A stretch of 63,959 bases of DNA, filler included, from Octopus bimaculoides (Eukaryota), in NCBI RefSeq assembly GCF_001194135.2. It is 5 parts of 5 records of this genome, joined end to end, with 100 filler letters (N's around TTAATTAATTAA, not from the genome) between each part and the next. Parts side by side here need not be neighbours in the genome. Positions count along the whole stretch, not along the records: positions 28,769 to 59,569 come from NC_068981.1; 4 more parts are not named here. One strand, given 5' to 3'. The notes beneath the pieces are model-generated. The model was not told the DNA's origin. It was given only the letters and a program-made list of their open reading frames with translations, and searched no databases. Below are positions 39,368-51,160 of the stretch, piece by piece. The number at the start of each line of letters is the position of its first letter. Position 1 is the stretch's first letter. A program made the position numbers and the translations under genes.

Positions 39368-40185
39368 TATGTGTGTGTGTGTGTAGAATATCTGTACATA
39401 TATATACATTTGTTATATGTGTGTATATGTGTGTATCCTCCTGTGTCCGTATCTATGTATACAGTCTCTAGATATTACCTTATTGTCGTAAATATATTCA
39501 CATTTTATATTCCTGTTTTTTAAAGATACGTACATGCAAACGTACATACATGTACACACACTCACACAGAAACACACCTATACACACACACACGCACACA
39601 CACATGCTAAAATCGATAAAGGGAGAACAGTGAACTTGTCGTCAGGAGTGGAAAATCCACCGTTTCGGATAGAATGTTTCTTCATGGAAAAGTTAAAATT
39701 TGTGAGATTATTGAGAGACAGCAGAGTTACACAACATCCAAGTTAAAAAAAAAAAAAAAAGGAATGGCTGCAACTGAGAAGGAACGCAAGACCACGTGAG
39801 CTTCACACGTGAACAAGAAGTAGTCGGAGAAATAGTGCGAGAAGTAGGAAGGAAAGAGTAATGGAATGCGTCGAAACAGGCAAAGTCGAAAGTGAGGTTA
39901 AGGGACAAGATGAGGTGAGAAGGAAGTTGAAAGATAAAGAAGGATTTAATGAACTAAGAGGAGGTGCATGAGTAGAAGGAAAAACGTGTGCGATGCCGCA
40001 CACTGATAAGTGAGGGGTGGAATGGTCAGGAGTGGATCGCGAGAGGTTGGCCGGCCACACGTAATAATATACTTCGAATATGCTCCCGAAGGCAATAAAT
40101 AAGGCATCGGCTTGTTCCCCTAATGTTAAGGACGGAGCAAAAGTTGCATATTATGAAATAACTGTAAGACTTTGAATTTTTTCCA

Positions 40186-40250
40186 TGGTCTAGGGATATG
40201 ATTCTCGCTTTGGGTGCGAGAGGTCCCGGGTTCAAATCCCGGATGAGCCC
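40186..40250 (+). pseudogene. trnP: tRNA-Pro(UGG) pseudogene lacking the 5' acceptor strand
   Basis: TGGTCTAGGGATATGATTCTCGCTTTGGGTGCGAGAGGTCCCGGGTTCAAATCCCGGATGAGCCC. Two differences from the conserved metazoan tRNA-Pro as recalled; TTTTCCA replaces GGCTCGT; only TTT follows. Confidence 0.85.
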
Positions 40251-40262
40251 TTTCATCATCTT

Positions 40263-40648
40263 AGGCGCAGGTGTGGCTGTGTGGTAAGTAGCTTGTTTAC
40301 CAACTATATGGTTCCGGGTTCAGTCCCACTGCGTGGCACCTTGGACAAGTGTCTTCTACTATAGCCTCGGCCCGACCAAAGCCTTGTGAGTGGATTTGGT
40401 AGACGGAAACTGAAAGAAGCCCGTCGTATATATATATGTGTGTTTGTATGTCTGTGTTTGTCCCCCCACCATCGCTTGACAACCGATGCTGGTGTGTTTA
40501 CGTCCCCGTAACTTAGCGGTTCGGCAATAAGAGTCCGATAGAATAAATACTAGGCTTACAAAGAATAAGTCCCGGGGTCGATTTGTTCGACTAAAGGCGG
40601 TGCTCCAGCATGGCCACAGTCAAATGACTGAAACAAGTAAAAAGAGTA
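40263..40648 (+). mobile_element. SINE family C, full length
   Basis: AGGCGCAGGTGTGGCTGTGTGGTAAG...CCGGGTTCAGTCCC head, internal (TA)(TG) tract, 3' end CCAGCATGGCCACAGTCAAATGACTGAAACAAGTAAAA. Confidence 0.9.
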
Positions 40649-40822
40649 TAATAATGTATATGACTTGAGATGTTTGCTTTGCCTTAACATTTGTTGTCCT
40701 CTTTAACGATTATATATCCGTTATATCGGAAATCTGCAATGGCTCCATAACTACCGTCTCGGCTATAATCTTGGAGCCCTAGTAATCCGTTACATTTACT
40801 AAGCGTACCTAATTGTCTAGAT

Positions 40823-41108
40823 CAAGGGTTTTCAAACTTTTTGACTTGCGGACCCCTTTATATTTCAGGCTTTACCCTTATAAACGCTTATGAAATTTAT
40901 ACAAAAATGTTTGCTTAAAATAACATATATTTTTACATTTATTTATTTAACACTATTTAACAAATAGGTTTATTGTCAATTAAAAGATTTAGATTAAAAA
41001 ACATATATAAAATCAAATTGCCCATAAAAAGTATTTGCTGTCCACGGACCCCCTGTTTTGTCCTTGCGGACCCCCTGTGGTCCGCGGACCACAGTTTGAA
41101 AACCCCTG
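40823..41108. mobile_element. hAT (Charlie-type) MITE, 286 bp
   Basis: 16-bp TIRs CAAGGGTTTTCAAACT / AGTTTGAAAACCCCTG (1 mismatch); perfect 8-bp TSD GTCTAGAT at 40815-40822 and 41109-41116; subterminal GCGGACCCC repeats. Confidence 0.95.
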
Positions 41109-41544
41109 GTCTAGATCATCTGTGAACCAGCCCCCTGTATTTTGTATTATGATATATATAAAGTTAGACGGCACTCAGTAGAAGTTCTGAGTAATATGAT
41201 ATTGTGTCATTTAAAAGTGCCTGGTTGGTGGGATGGGCATTGTGCAGCTTCTTACTGGGAGATTTCCGAGGTTCTTATCTTTTAAAGGTGGTTGCGAGAA
41301 AGATTAGAGCGGTTGAGGAGTTAAAAAGTAGACTACAGAAGCTGCAAATGAGTGTATACCTCAATGAGAGGACGGGTGTGTGTGGAAGGTGAGAAAAAGT
41401 GGAATACGGTTTGTAGGCTTGCGTGAAGACGGTACGGGGTGCTGTGACGCGGTCGATAGCCTGAGTCCGGCTTTGTGCCGGGTCTACAACTGATCGGGAG
41501 CCCTCACGTTATTTGGCACTAAGATTTGAAATCGGAATCAATGC

Positions 41545-41675
41545 TGCAATACATACCAAAACTCTGTTGTTGATGTTGAAAAATCAATGAAAGAGCCTTG
41601 GATCTAGGTTAGAAACCGGCTTTTTCTCTGTTGGCAAGAAATCTTGAAATAAAACTGATTAGTGACATCCATCCA
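41545..41675 (+). mobile_element. Probable LINE 3' UTR ending in a (CATA)n tail
   Basis: GTTGTTGATGTTGAAA...GAGCCTTGGATCTAGGTTAGAAACCGG...GAAATAAAACTGA followed by a microsatellite; family assignment is from recall only. Confidence 0.45.
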
Positions 41676-41707
41676 TCCATACATACATACATACATACAT
41701 ACATACA

Positions 41708-41932
41708 TGGTGGTTGTCTACTCCTTACACAGAGTTTGACCACCTCCTGCACCTACACCTTAGCCCTTTCATGGCGTCTGATGTGGCTTTTTAAATCAGG
41801 CAATGTTCTGAAAAAACACCCACACAGATTGCACCTCTGATTTGCACTACCATTACCTGCAAGTAAGTTCTGCTCATTGTGGATCCTAACATGTCTTTTA
41901 AGACCTCCATTGGATTTGCAAACCCTCTGCAA
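41708..41932 (-). mobile_element. RTE-clade LINE 3' end with C2H2 zinc fingers, embedded in (CATA)n
   Basis: RVCKSNGGLKRHVRIH...CNLCGCFFRTLPDLKSHIRRHERAKV*, a short 3' UTR, and (TATG)n on both sides. Confidence 0.7.
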
Positions 41933-42606
41933 ACATACATACATACATACATACATACATACATACATACATACATACATACATACATACATGCTTATGA
42001 GCAAGATCTTTTATATAACGAATATATATTTTCTTAATCTTTTTCTTTTTTCCTAGCGTGATTCGCTTTGAAAATAAATTACCACTAGTTTATACCATGA
42101 TACTACGTAAGCAGAATTATTAGTAAAAAAAAAAGCGGTTTCACCAAATGAATTTTCAACGCATTAATATATTCACCTTATAACAATGCCAACGAACGCA
42201 ATATGAGCGGTGGCGAAGTCTCGTCTTAGCTTGAATTCCTTGTTTTACTCACACTCCCATCATGTCGCAATTCGTCCGGTGCCATATCCTGATACAATTA
42301 ACTATGGAGTGAGTGAGTGCGCAGTGCTTTCTCAGAACAATCGCTATAATATTTCGTCAGAGAGAACAGAAAGATTAATTTTCCATTATGCCTCTGATTA
42401 TATTATTGTGTGACCTTAATATTTATAATGGTTAATATTTATAATGGTGGGTGTACAACGTTCACCTAGTACACCTAGAATACACGCCCCGAACGTCTCC
42501 GCATGTTATACGTATATTATATAAATATGTTACATAATATATGTCTATATGTATATATAAATATATATACAAACATGTGTGCGTATATACAAATATATAT
42601 GCAAAT

Positions 42607-42656
<50 letters not shown>

Positions 42657-43327
42657 CATCGTTTTGTTTTCTTGTAAATACACACCTACATGTGTGTTAT
42701 TCGTGNNNNNNNNNNNNNNNNNNNNNNNNNNNNNNNNNNNNNNNNNNNNNNNNNNNNNNNNNNNNNNNNNNNNNNNNNNNNNNNNNNNNNNNNNNNNNNN
42801 NNNNNNNNNNNNNNNNNNNNNNNNNNNNNNNNNNNNNNNNNNNNNNNNNNNNNNNNNNNNNNNNNNNNNNNNNNNNNNNNNNNNNNNNNNNNNNNNNNNN
42901 NNNNNNNNNNNNNNNNNNNNNNNNNNNNNNNNNNNNNNNNNNNNNNNNNNNNNNNNNNNNNNNNNNNNNNNNNNNNNNNNNNNNNNNNNNNNNNNNNNNN
43001 NNNNNNNNNNNNNNNNNNNNNNNNNNNNNNNNNNNNNNNNNNNNNNNNNNNNNNNNNNNNNNNNNNNNNNNNNNNNNNNNNNNNNNNNNNNNNNNNNNNN
43101 NNNNNNNNNNNNNNNNNNNNNNNNNNNNNNNNNNNNNNNNNNNNNNNNNNNNNNNNNNNNNNNNNNNNNNNNNNNNNNNNNNNNNNNNNNNNNNNNNNNN
43201 NNNNNNNNNNNNNNNNNNNNNNNNNNNNNNNNNNNNNNNNNNNNNNNNNNNNNNNNNNNNNNNNNNNNNNNNNNNNNNNNNNNNNNNNNNNNNNNNNNNN
43301 NNNNNNNNNNNNNNNNNNNNNNNNNAT

Positions 43328-43387
<60 letters not shown>

Positions 43388-43559
43388 GTGAGTGAGAGAG
43401 ATGGGAGAAAGAGCGAGAGAGAGAGGGAGAGACTATTATGCTGCACTTTAAGTATATTAAATATAATAGTTTGGGTGCGAAATACAAAATATGTACATAA
43501 GTACACATGCAAAACGAGAGAAAGCAAAAGGTGGAGGCTTTCAGATGATGACTTTTAAA

Positions 43560-44060
43560 TATTAATAAGTCCAGCTTACACAGAGAACAATCGACAGAGA
43601 AAATCAAAGAGGTGGAAGAAATAAATCCAACAGCCGTTTCTGGGGACTCGGAGATCCATGATAATGATGGTAGATTTAGTTCATCACAATATGCAGCCGA
43701 ATGGGTGCAATTAACATTGGATAAGACGAGCCTCCGTTATCAGGGTAGAGAAGATCATACATTTCATATCTTAATGCAGAGAAGTTCAAAGATGGAATCT
43801 AGTGGAATGCCCCTGGAAACCATCAATAGTATGTAAACACAGTAGACCAAATAGAGGGATTTGGGACAGAGAAGAAAAACTATGCACAGCAGTGGAAATC
43901 AGGTGTCCAGCGTATGTCAACATAAACCTAAAGATCAGTGAATAACAAGACACTTGCTCTGAAGCACTGAGAAATTTACAGATATCCCACTGGAATTACA
44001 ATTTCAGATTTATTCCTGCATTAATTGGGGTACCTGTTTCAGAATGATTGACAAGATCGC
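43560..44060 (+). mobile_element. Decayed RLE-type non-LTR retrotransposon fragment (another family)
   Basis: IWDREEKLCTAVEIRCPAYVNINLKISE...LRNLQ...FRFIPALIG resembles the PD-(D/E)xK RLE region. Confidence 0.6.
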
Positions 44061-44197
44061 AATCGTCAGTATACAAAATTTCCCTAATGAGTGAAGTAAA
44101 AACTTTCGTTTTGAATTTCAGTCTAGTCATTTCCTGTTGTTCGATATTTTATGTAAATACCCTCCTCGGAGGTTTGAAGAGCGTGTGACAACACAAA

Positions 44198-44986
44198 AAC
44201 AAAATATATTGCAAAGAGGGTGGTTGCATCAAGGTCTCCTTACTTTACTCCATTTTCCACAGCAAAAGATTCAGAGAGCCTACCACCAAAATTAACTCTA
44301 GCTTTCATATCTTGATGCAAAGCCCTGACCATGTTTATAAATTTTTCTGGGCAACCTATTTTCCTTAGACTTAGCCACAGAGCATTTCGATTAACAGTAT
44401 CGAATGCTTTGCTCAAATCAACAAAGCAATGGTATAGAGCAAGATTCTGTTCAATATTCTTTTCTTGTAATTGTCTGATAGCAAAGATACAATCAGCTGT
44501 GCCCCTGGAGGAACGAAAACCACACTGAGACTTAGACGCTATATTTGGAACTAGAAAGGTTTTTAAACATTCTAACAAAATGTGGGCAAGTACCTTTCCA
44601 ACCACAGAAAAAAGCGAAATCTCACGAAAATTACCACACGGATTCTATGGCCCCGATTTATACAAGGAGACTAAAATGGCATCAATCCAGTCTTGAGGCA
44701 CTTTCTCAGTTCTCCAACAGAGACAAATTAATATATTTAAGAGTTCAAATATTTTGTCACCTCCATATTTCAAGATTTCTGCACAGATTCCATCAGACCC
44801 TGGAGTCTTATTGTTAATCAGCTTATTCGCAGCTAAATAAATGTCATTTAGAATTGGTTCAAATGCCATCTCTTCTATAACTGGAAGGTGTTCAATTTTT
44901 TTCTATCGTCTTCATGTCAACGAATGATGGTCTATTCAAAAGTGCTGAAAAATGTTCTACCCAACGCTTATGAATAGAAGCGGTGT
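44198..44986 (-). mobile_element. RTE-clade LINE reverse transcriptase fragment
   Basis: RWVEHFSALLN, NNKTPGSDGICAEILKYGG, VPQDWIDAILVSLYK, SQCGFRSSRGTAD, FVDLSKAFDTVNR, ENGVK*GD; a deletion removes the NYRGISLL region; abuts (CATA)n. Confidence 0.95.
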
Positions 44987-45074
44987 CATACATACATACA
45001 TACATACATACATACATACATGCAAATGTGTAAGTTCATTTATATAACAAACATATATATTTTTAAAATCTTTT

Positions 45075-45455
45075 TCCTGTTTCAGTCATTAGACTGGGGC
45101 CATGCTGGAGCACTTGCCTCGAAGAATTTTCAGTCGAATGAGACGACCCCAGTATTTATTTTTGTTAAGCTTGGTTCTTCTTCGATTGGTCGATTTTGCC
45201 AAACCGTTAAGTCTAGGGGACGTAAATACTAGTTGCCANNNNNNNNNNGTATGTATGTATGTATGTATGTATGTATATATGTTTGCGTGTCTGTGTTTAC
45301 GTCCCCGTCAATTAGCGGTTCAGCAAGAGACACCGCTAGAATAAGTACTAGGCTTGCAAAGAATAAGTTCTGGGTTCGATTTGCTCGACTAACGGTGGTG
45401 ACCCAGCGTGGCCGCAGTCAAATGACTGAAACAAATAAAAGAATAAAAGAATAAA
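45075..45455. mobile_element. Two SINE family C 3' halves in opposite orientation around a 10-N gap
   Basis: 45075-45236 is minus and 45250-45455 is plus; both match 40480-40648. Confidence 0.8.
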
Positions 45456-46008
45456 AACACATGCCGTAGAGATTTTAAGATTACAAACAAGAAGGATGGC
45501 ATGAGCAATTCCTTCTATTACATCAGTTTACAATTGTTTCATATGAATTAGTTCCCATGAATATTGCTAAATTATGTGTTAATATATGTAACGTTTGAAC
45601 AGTTCAACATAACTTTCCAAATTAATTAGTATTGTTATAGCTTTCGATCCATTATCCCTGATAATTTCAGCTTTAATAGGTCATTGGTAAATGGGGTTAG
45701 TGGCAAACGGGTCACATATTTCAGATACATAGTAGAGAAACATTACATAGCACGAGTTAGTCGATGAAATTTTTTTCTGGTATTGCAGTCCACTAGAAAT
45801 AGCCATTAAAGTCACAATGGTAAATAGACAACGTTGAACTAAACACCAAGGAAATTAATATGTTCTATATAATTGGTTACTACACTTAAAAGCCATGATC
45901 CAGCATCATTACATTTCAAAGACTGAAATTAGTTTAAGTATAAAAGATTACACTTTAAAACTCTATACATTTGTATATGTTTGTATATGTATGAATAGAC
46001 AGATAGAC

Positions 46009-46065
<57 letters not shown>

Positions 46066-46546
46066 TAACGAATATTTATATATGTATGTATATACATACA
46101 TACGCATACACACACACGCACGCTTATTTATATATTACATTATATTACATTACATCATGCTAAATTTCATTTTCGTGTTACTGTCATTATTACACTCAAT
46201 AATTTATTGGAAAAACTTTTTATGATTAAATGTCTCCCAATATTTTTGTCTCCCGATTTGTGTCAATATCATATTCTTTACAACCAACTATACATTTCCA
46301 ATATGTTTAACATTTATGCAAAATTAGTTTTCCAATCGAATCAGTAAAATTGCATAAGTGCTGCTCCGTTACGATTCAGAAACATTGCTTGGCGTACGAG
46401 TCTTCTATAAACACATACATCAGCACACTTGTATATTAATTTTATGACTTAAATATATCGCCTAACATGCAAGTCTTCCTATAAACATACAACCGCACAT
46501 TTACATTATATCGTATTATACGTGTGTGCGTGTGATTGTGTATGTG

Positions 46547-46625
<79 letters not shown>

Positions 46626-46747
46626 NNNNNNNNNNNNNNNNNNNNNNNNNNNNNNNNNNNNNNNNNNNNNNNNNNNNNNNNNNNNNTATATATATATATA
46701 TATATACATATATATATGCATATACATATATATATATGTATATACAT

Positions 46748-46780
<33 letters not shown>

Positions 46781-46782
<2 letters not shown>

Positions 46783-47146
46783 CTCCTTTACTCTTTTATT
46801 TGTTTCAGTCATTTGACGGTGGCCATGCTGGAGCACTCCTTTAGTCGAGTAAATCGACCCCAGGACTTATTCCTTGTAAGGCTAGTACTTATTCTATCGT
46901 CACTTTTGCCGAACCGCTAAGTTACGGGGACTAAACACACCAGCATCTGTTGTCAAGCGATGTTGGGGGGACAAACACAGACACACAAACACACACACTC
47001 ACGCACATATATACGACGGGCTTCTTTCAGTTTCCGTCTACCAAATCCACTCACAAGGCTTTGGTCGGGCTGAGGCTATAGTAGAAGACACTTGCCCAAG
47101 GTGCCATGTGGTTGGTAAACAAGTTACTTACCACACAGCCATTCCT
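46781..47146 (-). mobile_element. SINE family C, full length with a small internal deletion
   Basis: Reverse complement of 40263-40648; GTGCCA|TGTGG junction has lost about 25 bp at a CCA microhomology. Confidence 0.9.
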
Positions 47147-47597
47147 ATATATATATATATATATCAAAAGGCGAACTTTATCTTGAACTTAATGTGGACG
47201 TTGTATGAAAATATAGAATACTGCATTATTTACCTTGACAGGACCTGGCATATGGATTCGTGGTGCAGTAGTGCATGAAAGCACTCGCATTTACATCATA
47301 GACAGACGGGAGCCGTCTGCTACGACCTACGGAATTGCCAGATCTTGTGGTTTCGCCCAGTTTTTGGGCTCCTCAGATACAGGCTTCCAGTTACGACATA
47401 ATAACCGAATCACCCATTAACAATAGATCGAATATCAGTGTCTATTAAGGCATTAATGTCGCAAATAGCCAGTGGACTCTTTAGAAACTAATTAATAGCG
47501 ATTGAAGCAGTGTTAATACCAAAAAGGCAATCTTTATCGCCAACTTAACATAGAAGTTTTGTTAGAACACAGAATACTGTGTATTATTTACCTTCAG

Positions 47598-47783
47598 AAC
47601 GGCGGCGAGCAGATAGAATTGTTAGCATGCCGGACAAAATGCTTCGTAGCATTTCGTCCGCTGAGGTCGACTTTGCCTTTCGGGGTCGATGAAATAAGTA
47701 CCAGTTACGCACTTGGTTCGATGTATTCGACTAGCCACCTCCCACCAAATTCCAGGCCTTGTGCCTATAGTAGAAAGGAGTAT
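47598..47783 (+). mobile_element. SINE family B
   Basis: GGCGGCGAGCAGATAGAATTGTTAGC...GAGGTCGACTTTGCC...GGCCTTGTGCCTATAGTAGAAAGG. Confidence 0.85.
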
Positions 47784-47784
47784 T

Positions 47785-48480
47785 TGCATTGAGCAAACCT
47801 CAGAACTACTGCTTTTATGCATCACATGTCTTCTAATGATAAATAATGCTGTATACTGTACGTGTATTGAGGCTACGGCACTTCTAATTCTTTGCTGGAA
47901 GAATCGCAGCGGACAGGNNNNNNNNNNNNNNNNNNNNNNNNNNNNNNNNNNNNNNNNNNNNNNNNNNNNNNNNNNNNNNNNNNNNNNNNNNNNNNNNNNN
48001 NNNNNNNNNNNNNNNNNNNNNNNNNNNNNNNNNNNNNNNNNNNNNNNNNNNNNNNNNNNNNNNNNNNNNNNNNNNNNNNNNNNNNNNNNNNNNNNNNNNN
48101 NNNNNNNNNNNNNNNNNNNNNNNNNNNNNNNNNNNNNNNNNNNNNNNNNNNNNNNNNNNNNNNNNNNNNNNNNNNNNNNNNNNNNNNNNNNNNNNNNNNN
48201 NNNNNNNNNNNNNNNNNNNNNNNNNNNNNNNNNNNNNNNNNNNNNNNNNNNNNNGGGCGGACGTAGTTAGCTGCATCCCTTCCTGCTTCCATGGTTTCGT
48301 AGTCTCCGTTGGAGCTGTCCATATCACATCGTACAGCTTTTACAGTGTCCACAAGGCATTGAGAAGCAGTCATGATGTCGACATTATGATACTCGGCACG
48401 AATTATTATGACACGGGTAGATCTTTTCCAATACCAGATAGCTTCCTCTCCTCCGTGTTAGGTAAGTTTCTCTCAACTAC
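47785..48480 (-). mobile_element. Tc1/mariner (maT-like) transposase N-terminal fragment spanning a gap
   Basis: WKRSTRVIIIRAEYHNVDIMTASQCLVDTVKAVRCDMDSSNGDYE, then SKELEV...LEDM*C beyond the gap; resembles the HTH region of maT transposases (recall). Confidence 0.65.
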
Positions 48481-48776
48481 ACTTTAAACTTTATGCTCCC
48501 CAACACTGTTGACTGTTCATGAGTATCTCAAATGGTTCCTAAAACGAAAACATAAAAAAAGCAAGCGACATAAACGATCGTCACATTTAGCATTTAGCCT
48601 GGACACCTTCTCTCTAAATATGGTATATGTGTGAGATTGCGTGTGTATGTGCATTTGAGTGAGTGTGCGTGAGCGTGTGTGTTCGCATGGATGTGAATAT
48701 ATATGTATGTGTCTTTGTGTGAAATTATGTATACATTTTTGTACATATATATATGTGTGTGCGTGTGTGTGTGTGT

Positions 48777-48868
<92 letters not shown>

Positions 48869-49330
48869 ATAAATGTCTAAGAAAGCCTAGAACTGAAAGG
48901 AAAATATAATAATGTAAACATCATACTCTTATACATTCAACGTGTAGAAAAAGAAGCAGTGAATCTTCTGACGGAGCGTTTCGCAAATTGTTGACCGCTC
49001 CTCAGGGAAGACATATCTTATTTCTTACCGTATCAATAATTTAGAACATTCATTCGCTACAGATGTAAATTAAGCTATCCACTACGACAATAGCTTAATT
49101 TATGACTACTTCATATTAGGGTTAAATACTATTCTCTGCTATATTTTGAAGATGTGGTCACCGTCATGAAAAATTGTGCGTCAGGATATTCACATTTTTC
49201 TTGTTCATCGAAAACACAGAAGGAATGTTTTTACATTCTTTTGACTTTCTGACATATCTACGCTTGCTAATGTTAAAATTAACTTCAATACTTGTAATTC
49301 GCGCTAATTTCTGCATAGTATATGTGCATA

Positions 49331-49362
<32 letters not shown>

Positions 49363-49363
49363 C

Positions 49364-49394
<31 letters not shown>

Positions 49395-49573
49395 CAGGGT
49401 TGGCCAAAAGTCACCCGTCAGTAAATCAAAATTCCATAAATACTATCTCTAATTCTGTATTGACTCAAATGGAAAGATGTGTCGCTCAGGAGGGACTTCA
49501 GTTTGAACAATTTTCATGATGTTTCATATTCATATGCTTTTATTAGATTCATTCAGTTGTTAAATGTTAATAG
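49395..49573 (+). mobile_element. Internally deleted Tc1/mariner (rosa-like) element inserted in (TA)n
   Basis: TA|CAGGGTTGGCCAAAAGTCACCCG TIR-like start joined to NSVLTQMERCVAQEGLQFEQFS*, the conserved R..C....G..FE terminus; right end is in the gap. Confidence 0.7.
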
Positions 49574-50049
49574 NNNNNNNNNNNNNNNNNNNNNNNNNNN
49601 NNNNNNNNNNNNNNNNNNNNNNNNNNNNNNNNNNNNNNNNNNNNNNNNNNNNNNNNNNNNNNNNNNNNNNNNNNNNNNNNNNNNNNNNNNNNNNNNNNNN
49701 NNNNNNNNNNNNNNNNNNNNNNNNNNNNNNNNNNNNNNNNNNNNNNNNNNNNNNNNNNNNNNNNNNNNNNNNNNNNNNNNNNNNNNNNNNNNNNNNNNNN
49801 NNNNNNNNNNNNNNNNNNNNNNNNNNNNNNNNNNNNNNNNNNNNNNNNNNNNNNNNNNNNNNNNNNNNNNNNNNNNNNNNNNNNNNNNNNNNNNNNNNNN
49901 NNNNNNNNNNNNNNNNNNNNNNNNNNNNNNNNNNNNNNNNNNNNNNNNNNNNNNNNNNNNNNNNNNNNNNNNNNNNNNNNNNNNNNNNNNNNNNNNNNNN
50001 NNNNNNNNNNNNNNNNNNNNNNNNNNNNNNNNNNNNNNNNNNNNNNNNN

Positions 50050-50129
<80 letters not shown>

Positions 50130-50781
50130 TGTATGTATGTATGTATGTGTAGCAGTGCCACAGCATGGCCACAACTGAAATAAGTAAAAGAAAGTAAATG
50201 TAAAAGGGTGTGTGAGTGTGTTCATACGTACGTGTATGTGCGTGCTTGCGCGCACACGTAAGCCTATCTCCGCGCGCGCGCGCGTGTATACATAGGCACC
50301 ACATTGCTCAAACGGAAAAAAAACAATAAATGAATATGTAAAATATATAGTCGAAAAAAAATACAAATGTTTGTTTATATAGAACTAATCAAATATTATT
50401 TATTAAAGAATAAATCCAGTGCCATCTATAGAATCTGCATTATATGTATACAACGAAAATAATTGAAACTTTTAACGGAGTTTATGTTTTGTTTTTTCCT
50501 GTCTATGCTCTCGATATGTGTATATTATTTGACTCCTAAAATATTCTACTACATGTAGTCATGTAAATATTTACATATGCGTATGCAAATGTATACTGTA
50601 TGTAAATATGTATCTTTATATCTCTGTTTGTGTGAATGTGTGTAAATATGTATGTGTTCGTATGTGGTTCTTAAACGTGTTTGTCTGTGTATGAATATAA
50701 GTATGCCGATGCATATGAATTTTGCTTAGATCTGTTTTTTTATGTTTGTACGTATGTAGGCGTATATAAATAGTCATCTGT

Positions 50782-50823
<42 letters not shown>

Positions 50824-50976
50824 ATGCGTATTTGTGTATGAGTAAAAATGTCTACGTAGGTACTTCCGTCAGTATACGTGTTTTTTCGAAATATGTATTC
50901 GTATGGATGTAAACACATGTACGAGTGTGTGTGTGGGTGTGAGCGTGTGCCTGTTTGTATGCGTATGTGCGTAAAC

Positions 50977-51030
<54 letters not shown>

Positions 51031-51103
51031 AGATAGATAGATATAGATATATACATATATACATATATATATATGTGTGTGTATATATACATATATTATA
51101 TAT

Positions 51104-51160
<57 letters not shown>

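Noticed and set aside
48255-48461. Plus-strand 68-codon open frame (ADVVSCIPSCFHGFVVSVGAV...) ending at a perfect AG|GTAAGT donor, faintly subtilisin-like
   Set aside because: It is the antisense of a maT-like transposase N-terminus whose homology continues across the gap; no acceptor is visible. Exonisation is not excluded but has no support.
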